NCBI GenBank assembly: GCA_963782055.1
Contig: CAWAIF010000003.1
Span: forward strand, 4,512,001-4,576,000
Direction: 5' to 3'
Source of the DNA: an uncultured delta proteobacterium
GTDB taxonomy: Bacteria > Myxococcota_A > Polyangia > Polyangiales > Polyangiaceae
Length of the DNA stretch: 64,000 nucleotides
A program made the translations under genes and the position numbers. Shown here piece by piece: positions 48,393 through 58,215 of this stretch (the first letter of the stretch is position 1; each line of letters starts with the position of its first letter). Under the pieces are notes generated by a model. The model made no database searches, had not been told where the DNA came from, and saw only the letters and a program-made list of their open reading frames with translations.

Positions 48393-49586
48393 CTATTCCA
48401 GCGCGCGCCGCGCCTTGCGGACCAGCGCCACCGCCTCCTCGGGGGTCTTGCCCACCGCGGAGAGGTGGCCCATCTTCCGGCCGGCGCGCGCCTCGCGCTT
48501 GCCGTATAGGTGCACCCGCACGCCGGGCAGCGCGAGCGCCCGCTCGAAGGCCGGGCCGCCCGCGCTCGACCGCGGGCGCCGCTTCCCCGGCTCCGGCGGG
48601 CTGACCCAGAGATCGCCGAGCAGGTTGTGGATGGCCACCGGCCGGATGCACTCGGTCGCGCCGAGCGGCAGATCGCACACCGCGCGCACCGCCTGCTCGA
48701 ACTGGCTCGTCAGGCACGCCACCTCGGTGCCGTGGAAGGTGTTGTGAGGCCGCGGGGCGAGCTCGTTCACCAGGAGCTTGCGGCCCTCCACCACGAACAG
48801 CTCGACGACGAGGAGGCCCACCACATCCATCGCCTCCGCGATCTCCCGCGCGATCTCCGCCGCCTGCTTTGCCAGCGGGCGGGAGATGGGCGCCGGGATG
48901 ACGCAGTACTCCAGGATGCGGTTGTCGTGGTGGTTGAGCGAGGGCGGGTACACCGCCATCTCGCCGCCCGGACGCCGCGCGACCAGCACCGAGACCTCCG
49001 CCTCGATGGCGAGCGCCTTCTCCACCACGCACGGGTGACCGCCCAGATCGTCCCACGCGGCCTCCGCCATGTCCGGCGCGGCGAGGAAGGCCTGGCCGCG
49101 GCCATCGTAGCCACCGCGCGCCGCCTTCACGTAGCAGGCGGACTTCATCTTGCGCACGGCGGCGGCGAGCTGCTTCGGCCCGCGCGCCACCGCGAACGGC
49201 CCGACCGGGAACTTGCGCCGCGCCAGCCACTGCTTCTGCGCCACGCGGTCCTGGATGATGCCGAGCACGTGCGGGCCGGGGCGCATGGGCGCGTGGCGCT
49301 CGGCCGCGTGCATGCTGGCGAGGGAGACCTTCTCGATCTCCAGCGTGACCACGTCGCACGCGGCGCCGAGGATGTCCGCCGCGCGCGCGTCCTCGAAGGA
49401 CGCGGTGATGCAGCGATCCACGACGAAGCGCGCCGCGCACGAGGCGTCGGGGTCCAGGACGTGGATGTGGTAGCCGAGCGTGCGCGCCGCCATGGCCATC
49501 ATCCGGCCGAGCTGCCCGCCGCCGAGGATCCCCAGCGTCGCGCCCGGGAGGATGGGCGGCGTCTGCCGGCTCGCGCGACGTGTCAT
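48393..49586 (-). CDS. purK: N5-carboxyaminoimidazole ribonucleotide synthase
   Basis: GILGGGQLGRM, GYDGRGQ, NELAPRPHN, HLYGK...GRKMGH. Confidence 0.96.
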   Translation of the reverse strand: MTRRASRQTPPILPGATLGILGGGQLGRMMAMAARTLGYHIHVLDPDASCAARFVVDRCITASFEDARAADILGAACDVVTLEIEKVSLASMHAAERHAPMRPGPHVLGIIQDRVAQKQWLARRKFPVGPFAVARGPKQLAAAVRKMKSACYVKAARGGYDGRGQAFLAAPDMAEAAWDDLGGHPCVVEKALAIEAEVSVLVARRPGGEMAVYPPSLNHHDNRILEYCVIPAPISRPLAKQAAEIAREIAEAMDVVGLLVVELFVVEGRKLLVNELAPRPHNTFHGTEVACLTSQFEQAVRAVCDLPLGATECIRPVAIHNLLGDLWVSPPEPGKRRPRSSAGGPAFERALALPGVRVHLYGKREARAGRKMGHLSAVGKTPEEAVALVRKARRALE

Positions 49587-50095
49587 GGGCTCCCCGGGGG
49601 GAGCTTCTGCGCCATCACCTCCGCCCGGCGCGCCCCGCGCCACGCGCGCAGCTTCTCGCGCACCTCCGCGCGGTGCGTGCCGACGATCTCCGCCGCCAGG
49701 AGCCCGGCGTTCGCGGCGCCGGGCTTTCCCACGGCGAGCGTGCCGACCGGGACGCCCTTGGGCATCTGCAGGATGGAGAGCACCGAGTCCACGCCCTGGA
49801 GCACGGTGGCGGGGATGGGCACGCCGAGCACCGGCACGAGCGTCTTGGCGGCGACCATGCCCGGCAGGTGCGCCGCGCCCCCGGCGCCGGCCACGATGAC
49901 GAGCAGCCCGCGGCTCTCGGCCCCCTCGGCGTAGGCAAACATCTCGTCGGGCGTGCGGTGCGCGGAGACCACCCTCGCCTCGAAGGGGACGCCCAGCTCG
50001 CCGAGCACGTCGCACGCGTGGCGCATGACCTCCCAGTCGCTCTGGCTGCCCATGATCACGCCGACGAGCGGCTCTTTGCTTTGCGTTTCGACCAC
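49583..50095 (-). CDS. purE: N5-CAIR mutase
   Basis: IMGSQSD, VSAHRTP, AGAGGAAHLPG, QMPKGVPV. Confidence 0.97.
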   Translation of the reverse strand: MVETQSKEPLVGVIMGSQSDWEVMRHACDVLGELGVPFEARVVSAHRTPDEMFAYAEGAESRGLLVIVAGAGGAAHLPGMVAAKTLVPVLGVPIPATVLQGVDSVLSILQMPKGVPVGTLAVGKPGAANAGLLAAEIVGTHRAEVREKLRAWRGARRAEVMAQKLPPGSP

Positions 50096-50143
50096 CGGCG
50101 CCTCCGGAGCACGCCACGATAGCCGATCTGACGGCGGCGGCGT

Positions 50144-50548
50144 CTACTCCTTCTTGAAGGCGATGCTCGCGGAGTTGATGCAGTAGCGCAGGCCGGTGGG
50201 CTTGGGGCCGTCGTCGAAGACGTGACCGAGGTGACCGCCGCAGCGCGCGCAGACGACCTCCGTCCGGCGCATGCCGTGGGAGGTGTCCTCGTGCTCCTCG
50301 ACCTTGGCGGCGTCCTCCGGCGCGGAGAAGCTCGGCCAGCCGCAGCCGGAGTCGAACTTGGCGTCCGACGTGAAGAGCTCGCTCCCGCACCCGGCGCAGA
50401 GGTACTCGCCCTTGTCGTGGTGGTCCCAGTACTCGCCGGTGAAGGCGCGCTCGGTCCCCTTCTCGCGGAGCACCGCGTACCGGGTGGGCGTGAGCTCGGC
50501 CTTCCATACCTCGTCCGTCTTCTCGACCTCGTAGCGCTTGCTGGTCAT
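50144..50548 (-). CDS. msrB: Peptide-methionine (R)-S-oxide reductase
   Basis: [33 protein letters not shown]. Confidence 0.97.
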   Translation of the reverse strand: MTSKRYEVEKTDEVWKAELTPTRYAVLREKGTERAFTGEYWDHHDKGEYLCAGCGSELFTSDAKFDSGCGWPSFSAPEDAAKVEEHEDTSHGMRRTEVVCARCGGHLGHVFDDGPKPTGLRYCINSASIAFKKE

Positions 50549-50634
50549 GTGGCCGAGGGTAAGGCGCGTGCCACGGCCGCGCCACCCGCCACCACCTCTG
50601 GCGCCCGCGGCTTTTGTCGCTACCATGTGGCGTG

Positions 50635-51489
50635 ATGCTGGACGGGGACCACGTCCTCCGCGCGATCACAGAAGACGGCGCCTTTCGAGTCATCGCCGTG
50701 CGGACGACGACGGCCGCGCGCGGCGTGGCCGATGCGCAGCACGCCACGGGCGGGCGCGCCCTCCTTCTCGCCGAGATGCTCACCGGCGCCGTGCTCGTCC
50801 GCGAGACGATGGCGCCGGACCTGCGCGTGCAGGGCATCCTGCAGGGCGACGACTCCAAGACCCGCATGGTGGCGGACTCCTTCCCCGACGGCACCCTGCG
50901 CGGCCTGGTCCAGGCGCGGGAGGGCGCCGAGGTGGAGCTGGGCGAGCGCGCCGCGCTGCACGTCATGCGGACGCTCCACAACGGGGCGCTCCAGCAAGGC
51001 GTCGTGCCGGCGAGCAAGGGCGGCGGCATCTCCGGCGCGCTGATGCAGTATTTCCAGAGCTCGGAGCAGGTCGTCTCCTTCGTCGCGGTGGGCGCCACCC
51101 ACGACGCCGACGGGGGCGTCGCCGAGGCGGGTGGCTACATCGTCCAGCTCCTGCCGGAGGTGGACGACGGCCCGCTGATGCTCATGACCGAGCGGCTCAA
51201 GGACTTCCCGGCCATCGACTCGCTCCTGCACGCGGGCGAGGCGGCGCCACAGAACCTCCTGCACGAGCTCCTCTACGGCATGCCCTTCGCCGAGGTGGGC
51301 CGCGGCGGCCTGCGCTACGCGTGTCGCTGCAGCGAGGAGCGGCTGCTGGCGACGCTCATCTCGCTGCCGAAGGCGGACATCCGCGATCTGGTCGAGGACG
51401 GCGGCGTGCTGGAGATCGACTGCGACTACTGCGGCCGGCACTACCGCTTCGCGCCGGAGACGCTGCGCGGCATGCTCGCGCAGAACTGA
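50635..51489 (+). CDS. hslO: Hsp33 redox-regulated chaperone
   Basis: [21 protein letters not shown]...CDYC zinc switch. Confidence 0.94.
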   Translation: MLDGDHVLRAITEDGAFRVIAVRTTTAARGVADAQHATGGRALLLAEMLTGAVLVRETMAPDLRVQGILQGDDSKTRMVADSFPDGTLRGLVQAREGAEVELGERAALHVMRTLHNGALQQGVVPASKGGGISGALMQYFQSSEQVVSFVAVGATHDADGGVAEAGGYIVQLLPEVDDGPLMLMTERLKDFPAIDSLLHAGEAAPQNLLHELLYGMPFAEVGRGGLRYACRCSEERLLATLISLPKADIRDLVEDGGVLEIDCDYCGRHYRFAPETLRGMLAQN

Positions 51490-51490
51490 A

Positions 51491-52066
51491 CTAGCGGCGC
51501 AGCACGGCCTTGCGGCTCGCCGCCAGCACCGCCTTGCGCAGCCGCGGGTCGTCCACGGCGCGCGCCAGGAGCAGCCCGCCGACCATCGTGGCGAGGGCGG
51601 ACGCGGCCCGCTCCTCGTCGCCCAGCCGCTCGCTCATGCCCTCGAGCACCTTCTTCACCCCGCGCGTGAAGGCCTTGCGGACCTCCGGATCGGCGCGCGC
51701 GACCTCGGCGCCCAGGGCGGGCACGGCGCACCCCGCGCCCGGGTCGGCGACGTGCCGTGGCGAGAGGTAGACGTGCGCCGCGCGCTCGAGCCACTTGCGG
51801 CCGCGGAGCGACTCGTCCGGGCCCATCATGTTGGCGCGCGCCTGCTCGAACGCGACGCTCATCGCCTCGGCGAGCAGGGCGTTCTTGTCGGCGAAGTGCG
51901 CGTAGAAGCCGCCGCGCGTGAGCCCCGCGGCGCCCATCACGTCGTCGACGCTCACGCCCTCGCCTCCCCGCTCGCGGTAGAGCCTGGACGCCTTCTTCAC
52001 GACGCGCTGGTGCGATCGCTGCTTTCGGGAGGCCCTGGGGGTGGTCGCTCTTGCCGTCATGGTCAC
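51491..52066 (-). CDS. TetR-family transcriptional regulator
   Basis: SVDDVMGAAGLTRGGFYAHFADK. Confidence 0.94.
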   Translation of the reverse strand: MTMTARATTPRASRKQRSHQRVVKKASRLYRERGGEGVSVDDVMGAAGLTRGGFYAHFADKNALLAEAMSVAFEQARANMMGPDESLRGRKWLERAAHVYLSPRHVADPGAGCAVPALGAEVARADPEVRKAFTRGVKKVLEGMSERLGDEERAASALATMVGGLLLARAVDDPRLRKAVLAASRKAVLRR

Positions 52067-52139
52067 GGAGTATAGCGCAGGGGCGCGGGAGCGGCCTTTG
52101 TGGGCGACGCGGCACCCACAATTTCATATGATGACCATC

Positions 52140-53276
52140 ATGCGAGCTCGCGCGGCCTTCGTCCTCCTCGGCCCCCTGCTCGCAGGGTGCGGCCTGCTGC
52201 TGGGCGTCGATGACCTCGCCTACGTGGGGCCCGACGCGGGCGCCGACCTGGACGCGGCCCCCGGCGAGGAGGCCCCCATCGCCGACGCCGGCACCGACGA
52301 CAGGACCGACGCGAACGGGGACGGGGGCGGCTGCGACGCCGACGTCATGACCAGCCCGACCAGCTGCGGCGCGTGCGGGCACGACTGCCTCGGGGGCGCG
52401 TGCGACGGCGGCGTGTGCGAGCCGGTGCTCGTGACCACCGGCACCGGCCTGCAGTCGCTCGCGAGCGACGGCACCACCCTCTTCTTGCGCGACGTGGGCG
52501 CGGTGCACGCCTGCCCGGTGAGCGGGTGCGCCGACGCCGGCACCATCCTCGCGACGACGACCGACATCACCCCGGCCCGCCGCGTGCGCGTGACGTCCAC
52601 GCGTGTGCTCTGGAACGAGGGCGTGCACGTCTACGCGTGCGCCAAGACGGGCTGCGCGCCGAAGGTCGACATCCTGCAGAACGCGGCCAACTCGCGGAGC
52701 GTCTTCGACGTGTGGGTCTCCGACGCCATCTTCTGGATCGCCCAGGCGAACGGCGTGGGCCCTTACGCCTACACGGTGGGGAGCTGCCCCATCAACGGCG
52801 GCGCGTGCAAGACCCTGACGAGCGGAGCGGACCAGTACCTCGGCATCGTCGCCGGGTCCGGGTTCGACGTGTACTGGACCGTGGCCGGCGGCACCGTGCG
52901 CCACTGCGTGGGCGTGTGCTCGCCCGACGCCTCGACCAGCGCCACCACGGCGCTCACCAACCCCAGCTCCCTGGCCCTCGACGACGGCGGTCTGTGGGCC
53001 GGCTACTCCGGCGGGCTGGCGTGGCTCACGACCGATCTCTCAAAGGCGGTGCCGATCTCCTCCTCGGGCTACGTCACGCGCGTGCTCCAGGACGGCGCCG
53101 ACGTCTTCTACATCGAGGCGACGAAGCGCGAGGTGCGCCGCTGCCCGGCGAAGGCGGGCGCGTGCAGCCCGAAGACCCTGGCCACGACGTCGGCCAACTT
53201 CACCGACATCGCCGCCGACCCGAAGGCCGTCTACTGGATCGAGGGCACCAAGCAGGTCTGGAGGCTCGCGCGATGA
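52140..53276 (+). CDS. Cys-rich lipoprotein with beta-propeller repeats
   Basis: LLAGC lipobox, SCGACGHDCLGGAC motif, repeated D...VYW blades. Confidence 0.85.
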   Translation: MRARAAFVLLGPLLAGCGLLLGVDDLAYVGPDAGADLDAAPGEEAPIADAGTDDRTDANGDGGGCDADVMTSPTSCGACGHDCLGGACDGGVCEPVLVTTGTGLQSLASDGTTLFLRDVGAVHACPVSGCADAGTILATTTDITPARRVRVTSTRVLWNEGVHVYACAKTGCAPKVDILQNAANSRSVFDVWVSDAIFWIAQANGVGPYAYTVGSCPINGGACKTLTSGADQYLGIVAGSGFDVYWTVAGGTVRHCVGVCSPDASTSATTALTNPSSLALDDGGLWAGYSGGLAWLTTDLSKAVPISSSGYVTRVLQDGADVFYIEATKREVRRCPAKAGACSPKTLATTSANFTDIAADPKAVYWIEGTKQVWRLAR

Positions 53277-54593
53277 ACGGCGCCGGCCAGTCGCTGCGCC
53301 CGGGGGATCTCGTCGCGGGCAAGTATCGCGTCGAGCGCGTGCTCGGCATGGGCGGGATGGGCGTGGTCGTCGCCGCGCGCCACGCCGAGCTCGGGCGCAA
53401 GGTGGCGCTCAAGTTCATGCGCCCCGACGCGCTGGACAAGGGCGGCGTCGAGCGCTTCGTGCGCGAGGCGCGCGTCGCGGCGTCGATCGAGAGCGATCAC
53501 GTCGCCCAGGTGATCGACGTGGGCCGCACCGAGCGCGGCGACCCGTACCTGGTGATGGAGCTGCTCGAGGGCCGCGACCTGTCGGCGGTCGTCGCCTCCG
53601 GACCGCAGCGACCGGAGAGCGCGGTCGGCTGGGTGCTGGAGGCGTGCGAGGGCCTCGCGAGCGCGCACGCCTGCGGGCTGGTGCACCGCGACGTCAAGCC
53701 GGCGAACCTCTTCCTGGCGCAGCGGGCGGGCGGCCGCGCCGTGCTCAAGGTGCTCGACTTCGGTCTCGCCAAGACCTTCACCGGGGAGGACGCGTCGCTC
53801 ACGACCACCGGCGGCGTGCTCGGCTCGCCGCAGTACATGGCGCCCGAGCAGCTCCTGGCGCGGCCGCTCGACGCGCGCGTGGACGTGTGGGCCCTCGGCG
53901 TGTGCCTGTTCGAGCTGCTCGCTGGCGCGCTTCCCTTCGAGGCCCCCACCGTCCCGGCGCTCTGCTCCTCCATCCTCAAGGAGGAGCCACGCGATTCTGG
54001 CGTCGATGCGCCCCGACCTGGACCCGGGTCTGGTGGCGGTGGTGCACGCGTGCCTGAGCAAGGAGCCGCAGGCTCGCTTCCCGGACGTGGCGGTGCTCGC
54101 GGCGGCGCTCGAGCCCTACGCGCCGGCCTCCCGCGGGGCTGCCGATCGCGTCGCTGTCGTGCTGGCGGCGCCGCCGCCACCCGCCCCCGAGGACGCCTCC
54201 CTCGGCCCGTCGGTGGACGCACCCACGCGGATCGTCGCCTCCTACGACTCGGCGGCGGAGCGGCCTCGCACGCGCACCGCGTGGCTCGCGGCGGCCGCCG
54301 GCGCCGCCATCGTGCTCGCGGCCGCCGGGTCGGTGGCGCTCCTCGCGTCGTCGCGACACGCCGGGGCGGAGGGTGAGTCGCCGCCGCCCGCGTCGGCGCC
54401 CGTCGCCGCGTCGGCGTCCGGCCCCGTCGCCACCGCGGTCCCCTCCGTGGCCGTCAGCGTCCTGCCCGCGGAGAGCACGACCGACGACGCGGGCGCTGCG
54501 CCGCCGGCGCACCACGTCGAGCCGCGAACGCACGCGTGGCGCCCCCCTCACCCCCGCGCCACGACGACGGCGAACCCGCTGGGGAGGTTCTAG
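53273..54593 (+). pseudogene. Ser/Thr protein kinase with a +1 frameshift near 53995
   Basis: VALK, HRDVKPAN, DFG and APE lie in one frame; the kinase C-lobe (LSKEPQARF) and TM continue in the next frame; removing one T from GATTCTG restores RDLASMRPDL. Confidence 0.85.
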
Positions 54594-55522
54594 TGCGCGT
54601 GCGGCTGGTCGCGCCCGTGCTCGCCCTCCTCGCCGTGACCGCCGCGACCGCGCGCGCCGGCGATCACGAGCGCGCCGTGGCCCTCTTCCGCGAGGGGCAC
54701 GCCCTCGCGGCGCGCGGCCGCTGCGTCGAGGCGATCCCCAAGCTCATGGACACCCTCGCCATCGAGCCCAGCGTGGGCGCGCTGCTCAACCTGGGCGAGT
54801 GCCACGCCCGCACCGGCGCACCCGAGCTGGCGTGGAAGCGCTTCCGCGAGGCGGAGCACCTCGCGCGGCAGCTCGGCGACGACCGCGAGTCCTTCGCGCG
54901 GGCCCACGCCGAGGCGATCGAGCCCCTCATGCCGAAGCTGAGCGTCGGGGTCCCGCCCGCCGCGCGGGGGGAGGGGCTGATGGTGCGCGTCGACGACGAG
55001 ACGCTGGCGCCGTCCGACTGGGGCGTCGCGCGCGCCATCGTCTCCGGGCGTCACGTGGTCTCCGCGTCGATGCCCGGCCACGTCGCGTGGCGCGCGACGG
55101 TGGTCACCGCGGGGCAGGCGACGAGCACGCTCACGGTCCCGGTGCTCGACATCGCCGGCGGGCCCCCACCACCACCACCACCTCCTCCGCCCCGGGGCTC
55201 CGCGCGACGCACCGCGGGCATCGTCCTCACCGTGGTGGGCGCCGCCGGCGTGGTGGCCGGCGGCGTCTTCGGCGGCGTGGCGGCGGCGCGCCGGTCGGAC
55301 GCCGCCGCGCTCCAGACCGGCCCGTCCCGGGCGGACTTCGATGCCGCGAGGTCGGACGCCCGCACGTGGGCGACCGCGTCGACGGTCGCGTTCATCGCCG
55401 GCGCGGTGGTCCTGTCGGCGGGGTTGATCGTGTGGTTGACGGCACCTTCGCGCTCCCGTGTCGCGCTCGCCCTCGCGCCTCGGTCCGGCGGCGGGTGGAC
55501 CGGCCTGGTGACTACTTTCTAA
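54593..55522 (+). CDS. TPR/PEGA-like membrane protein (kinase-associated)
   Basis: Signal peptide, LFREG...GALLNLGEC TPR-like region, beta domain, poly-Pro, C-terminal TMs. Confidence 0.85.
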   Translation: MRVRLVAPVLALLAVTAATARAGDHERAVALFREGHALAARGRCVEAIPKLMDTLAIEPSVGALLNLGECHARTGAPELAWKRFREAEHLARQLGDDRESFARAHAEAIEPLMPKLSVGVPPAARGEGLMVRVDDETLAPSDWGVARAIVSGRHVVSASMPGHVAWRATVVTAGQATSTLTVPVLDIAGGPPPPPPPPPPRGSARRTAGIVLTVVGAAGVVAGGVFGGVAAARRSDAAALQTGPSRADFDAARSDARTWATASTVAFIAGAVVLSAGLIVWLTAPSRSRVALALAPRSGGGWTGLVTTF

Positions 55523-55608
55523 AGGAGCTTCGAGGCCCGTCCAGACCGCGGAGCCCGGGCTGGGCAACCGGTGCCGCATGGCGTACGTTTCGTGCCAGGA
55601 GGTGCACT

Positions 55609-57285
55609 ATGGACCGCAGGCGTATCACCGTCCTCTTTGGGAGCTTGATCTTTGCCGCCGGGCTCGTGCGTTGCGTCGGAGACACGCCGACGAACAACCC
55701 TGACGCAGGCACCCCCGACGCCGCCGGCGGCGACACCGGCACCGCCGACGCCGCCGACGCCGGAAGCGACTCCGGGTCGGACGCAGGCGACGCAAGCAAG
55801 CCGCCCGACGCGGTGGGCACGCTCGGGTGGGTACGCCACTACGGCACCAACTACACCCTCAACAACGTCACGGCGTCCTCGCAGAACGGGGCGTTCATCG
55901 CGGTCGGCGGGTACCAGACCCCCAGCGGCGGCGTCTCCATCGGCGGCACCAACATCCCCGCTCCCGATGGCATCGACGCCCTCGTCTTCAAGGTGGACTC
56001 GCAGGGCAACACGCTCTGGGCCAGGGGCGTCGGCGGCTCCGGCGGCGGCTCGGAGTACTTCTACTCGGTGAAGGAGGACAACGCCGGCGCCCTCTACCTG
56101 TCCGGGCACGCGACCAGCGGCATCACGCTCAAGAACACCCTCGCCGGCGCGGTCTCGTACGTCGCCAAGCTGAGCGGCGACGGCAGCGCCTTCGCGTGGG
56201 ATCACGGCTTCACCTCCAACGGCGGGCTCGCTTCGCCGTACGTGGCCGTCGCGGGCGGCACCGTCTACACCACGTTCTTCTACAGCGGCACGCTCACGTA
56301 CGACAACGGCAAGACGTTCACCGCCACGCTGGACGGCTCCAGCAAGACCACCAACGACATCGCCGTCATCGCGCTGAACGCGAACGACGGCTCCGTCGTG
56401 TGGGCGGACTCACTGGGCGGCTCGGCCAACGACACCGTCATCGACGTCGCCATCGGCGCCCAGGGCGACCCGATCGTCGCGGGCGGCTTCACCTCGCCGT
56501 CAGTCTCCTCCACGGCAGGCGCCGGCGGCGGGCTGCCGCTGGCCAGGCCGGGTGGAAGCAGTGATGAGGGCGGCTTCGCCATCGAGCTGGACGGCAAATC
56601 CGGCGCCACAAAGTTTGCCCAGGCGTACGGCGCGAACGGGGCCAACGTCGTGGTCGACGCCGTCGCCGCGCGAGGCGGCAAGGTCGTCGTCGGCGGCTCC
56701 TTCAGCGGCGCGGTCGACTTCGGCTCCGGCGCGGCGGGGTCCGTCGGGTACACCGACGGCTTCGTCAGCGTGCTGGACGAGGGCACCCAGAAGCTCGTCC
56801 TCGGCCGCACGCTCGGCGGCACGAACGGTGACTACGTCCTCGGCGTGGCGATCGACGCCTGGGGCGAGCTGCTGGCGACCGGCTACTACGCCTCCACCGA
56901 TGGAGTCGTGCACTCCACCAGCGGCAGCAAACCGCTGGCGGCGAACAGCTTCGGCACGACCGGCCTGCTGGTGGCCAAGTGGGACCCCACGGGCAACCTC
57001 CTCTGGACCAAGAGCGTGGTACCCACCAAGGCCGACGGGGGAGCTCCTTACCCCGTCACCGACGCCGGCCCCTACTCTTACCTCGACGTCGAGGCGATGC
57101 GGGTCACCGTGGCGGCCAGTGGCGCGACCACGGTGGCGGGCAGGATGAACTACGGGGCAGACTTCGGCAACGGCTACCAGAGCCGGGTCTCCACCATGTC
57201 GAAGGGCGGCGGCGGCTTCTGCCTCCCGCCGTTCTGCGGCCCGACCCTCTACCCCGACGCGCTGCTGGTGAACTACGCGCCGTAA
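55609..57285 (+). CDS. Lipoprotein with beta-propeller (SBBP-like) repeats
   Basis: AGGAGG RBS, LVRC lipobox, repeats FKVDSQGNTLWA / AKWDPTGNLLW. Confidence 0.85.
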   Translation: MDRRRITVLFGSLIFAAGLVRCVGDTPTNNPDAGTPDAAGGDTGTADAADAGSDSGSDAGDASKPPDAVGTLGWVRHYGTNYTLNNVTASSQNGAFIAVGGYQTPSGGVSIGGTNIPAPDGIDALVFKVDSQGNTLWARGVGGSGGGSEYFYSVKEDNAGALYLSGHATSGITLKNTLAGAVSYVAKLSGDGSAFAWDHGFTSNGGLASPYVAVAGGTVYTTFFYSGTLTYDNGKTFTATLDGSSKTTNDIAVIALNANDGSVVWADSLGGSANDTVIDVAIGAQGDPIVAGGFTSPSVSSTAGAGGGLPLARPGGSSDEGGFAIELDGKSGATKFAQAYGANGANVVVDAVAARGGKVVVGGSFSGAVDFGSGAAGSVGYTDGFVSVLDEGTQKLVLGRTLGGTNGDYVLGVAIDAWGELLATGYYASTDGVVHSTSGSKPLAANSFGTTGLLVAKWDPTGNLLWTKSVVPTKADGGAPYPVTDAGPYSYLDVEAMRVTVAASGATTVAGRMNYGADFGNGYQSRVSTMSKGGGGFCLPPFCGPTLYPDALLVNYAP

Positions 57286-57342
57286 TTTAGGCCGACTTCG
57301 GCGCCCCCCTCACCGCGGCCCGCGGCTATACTGCGGGGCCCC

Positions 57343-58215
57343 ATGCCGGCCTTCTCGCGCCCCACGCCCGAGCAGCTCGCGGTGCTCTCGGGCGTCGAGC
57401 GAGCCAGCTTCGCCATCGGCGACTTCTCCTCGCGCCACCTGACCACCGCCGCCAAGGCGTACAACACCGTGGTGATGGGGGCGATGCTGTGGTCCACCGC
57501 GGGCCGCCGCCTCCACGTCCACGATCTCCACAACCTCGCGCAGTTCCGCAGACCGGAGCGGGTGCTCATCGTCTGCAATCACCGCACCTTCTTCGACTTC
57601 TTCGTCATCTCCGCGGTCATCTTCTGGAAGACGAAGCTGGAGCGCCGCATCCTCTTCCCGGTTCGCTCCAGCTTCTTCTACGACCACCCCCTCGGCCCGC
57701 TCGTCAACGGCGCCATGAGCGGCATGCGCATGTTCCCCCCGGTGCTGCGCGGGGAGAACACCCGCCGCCGCGGCACCTTCAACGAGTACAGCGTCCAGCG
57801 GTCCATCGAGGAGCTGACCGTGCCCGGCACGGTCATGGGCCTGCACCCCGAGGGCACGCGCAACAAGAGCGCCGATCCCTACGCGCTGCTGCGCGCGCGC
57901 GCGGGCGTCGGGCGCATCGCCCTCGCCTCCCCGCAGGCGCGCATCGTGCCCGCGTTCGTGCTGGGGATGGGCAACGATCTGCCCAAGGAGCTGGCCAACA
58001 ACTGGCTGCGCGCCGACAGCACCCGCATCGACGCGTTCTTCGGTCCGGAGGTGAAGCTGGACGACCTGCGGGCCCGCGGGCAGAGCCCGAAGGCGGCGCT
58101 GGAGGCCTCCGAGCGCATGCTGGAGGCCATCCGCGTCCAGGCCGAGAGGCACCGCGCGATGCTCGGCGGCGGCGTCCGCGCCGCGGCGGCGACGGGGGCG
58201 AGCGCTACGGGGTGA
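57343..58215 (+). CDS. Lysophospholipid acyltransferase (PlsC family)
   Basis: NHRTFFD (HX4D) and HPEGTRN. Confidence 0.92.
   Translation: MPAFSRPTPEQLAVLSGVERASFAIGDFSSRHLTTAAKAYNTVVMGAMLWSTAGRRLHVHDLHNLAQFRRPERVLIVCNHRTFFDFFVISAVIFWKTKLERRILFPVRSSFFYDHPLGPLVNGAMSGMRMFPPVLRGENTRRRGTFNEYSVQRSIEELTVPGTVMGLHPEGTRNKSADPYALLRARAGVGRIALASPQARIVPAFVLGMGNDLPKELANNWLRADSTRIDAFFGPEVKLDDLRARGQSPKAALEASERMLEAIRVQAERHRAMLGGGVRAAAATGASATG

Noticed and set aside
48393..51098. 901-aa PurK extension
   Set aside because: Shadow over purE, msrB and hslO; PurK starts at 49586
55163..55192. CCA/CCT microsatellite
   Set aside because: Encodes an ordinary poly-Pro linker
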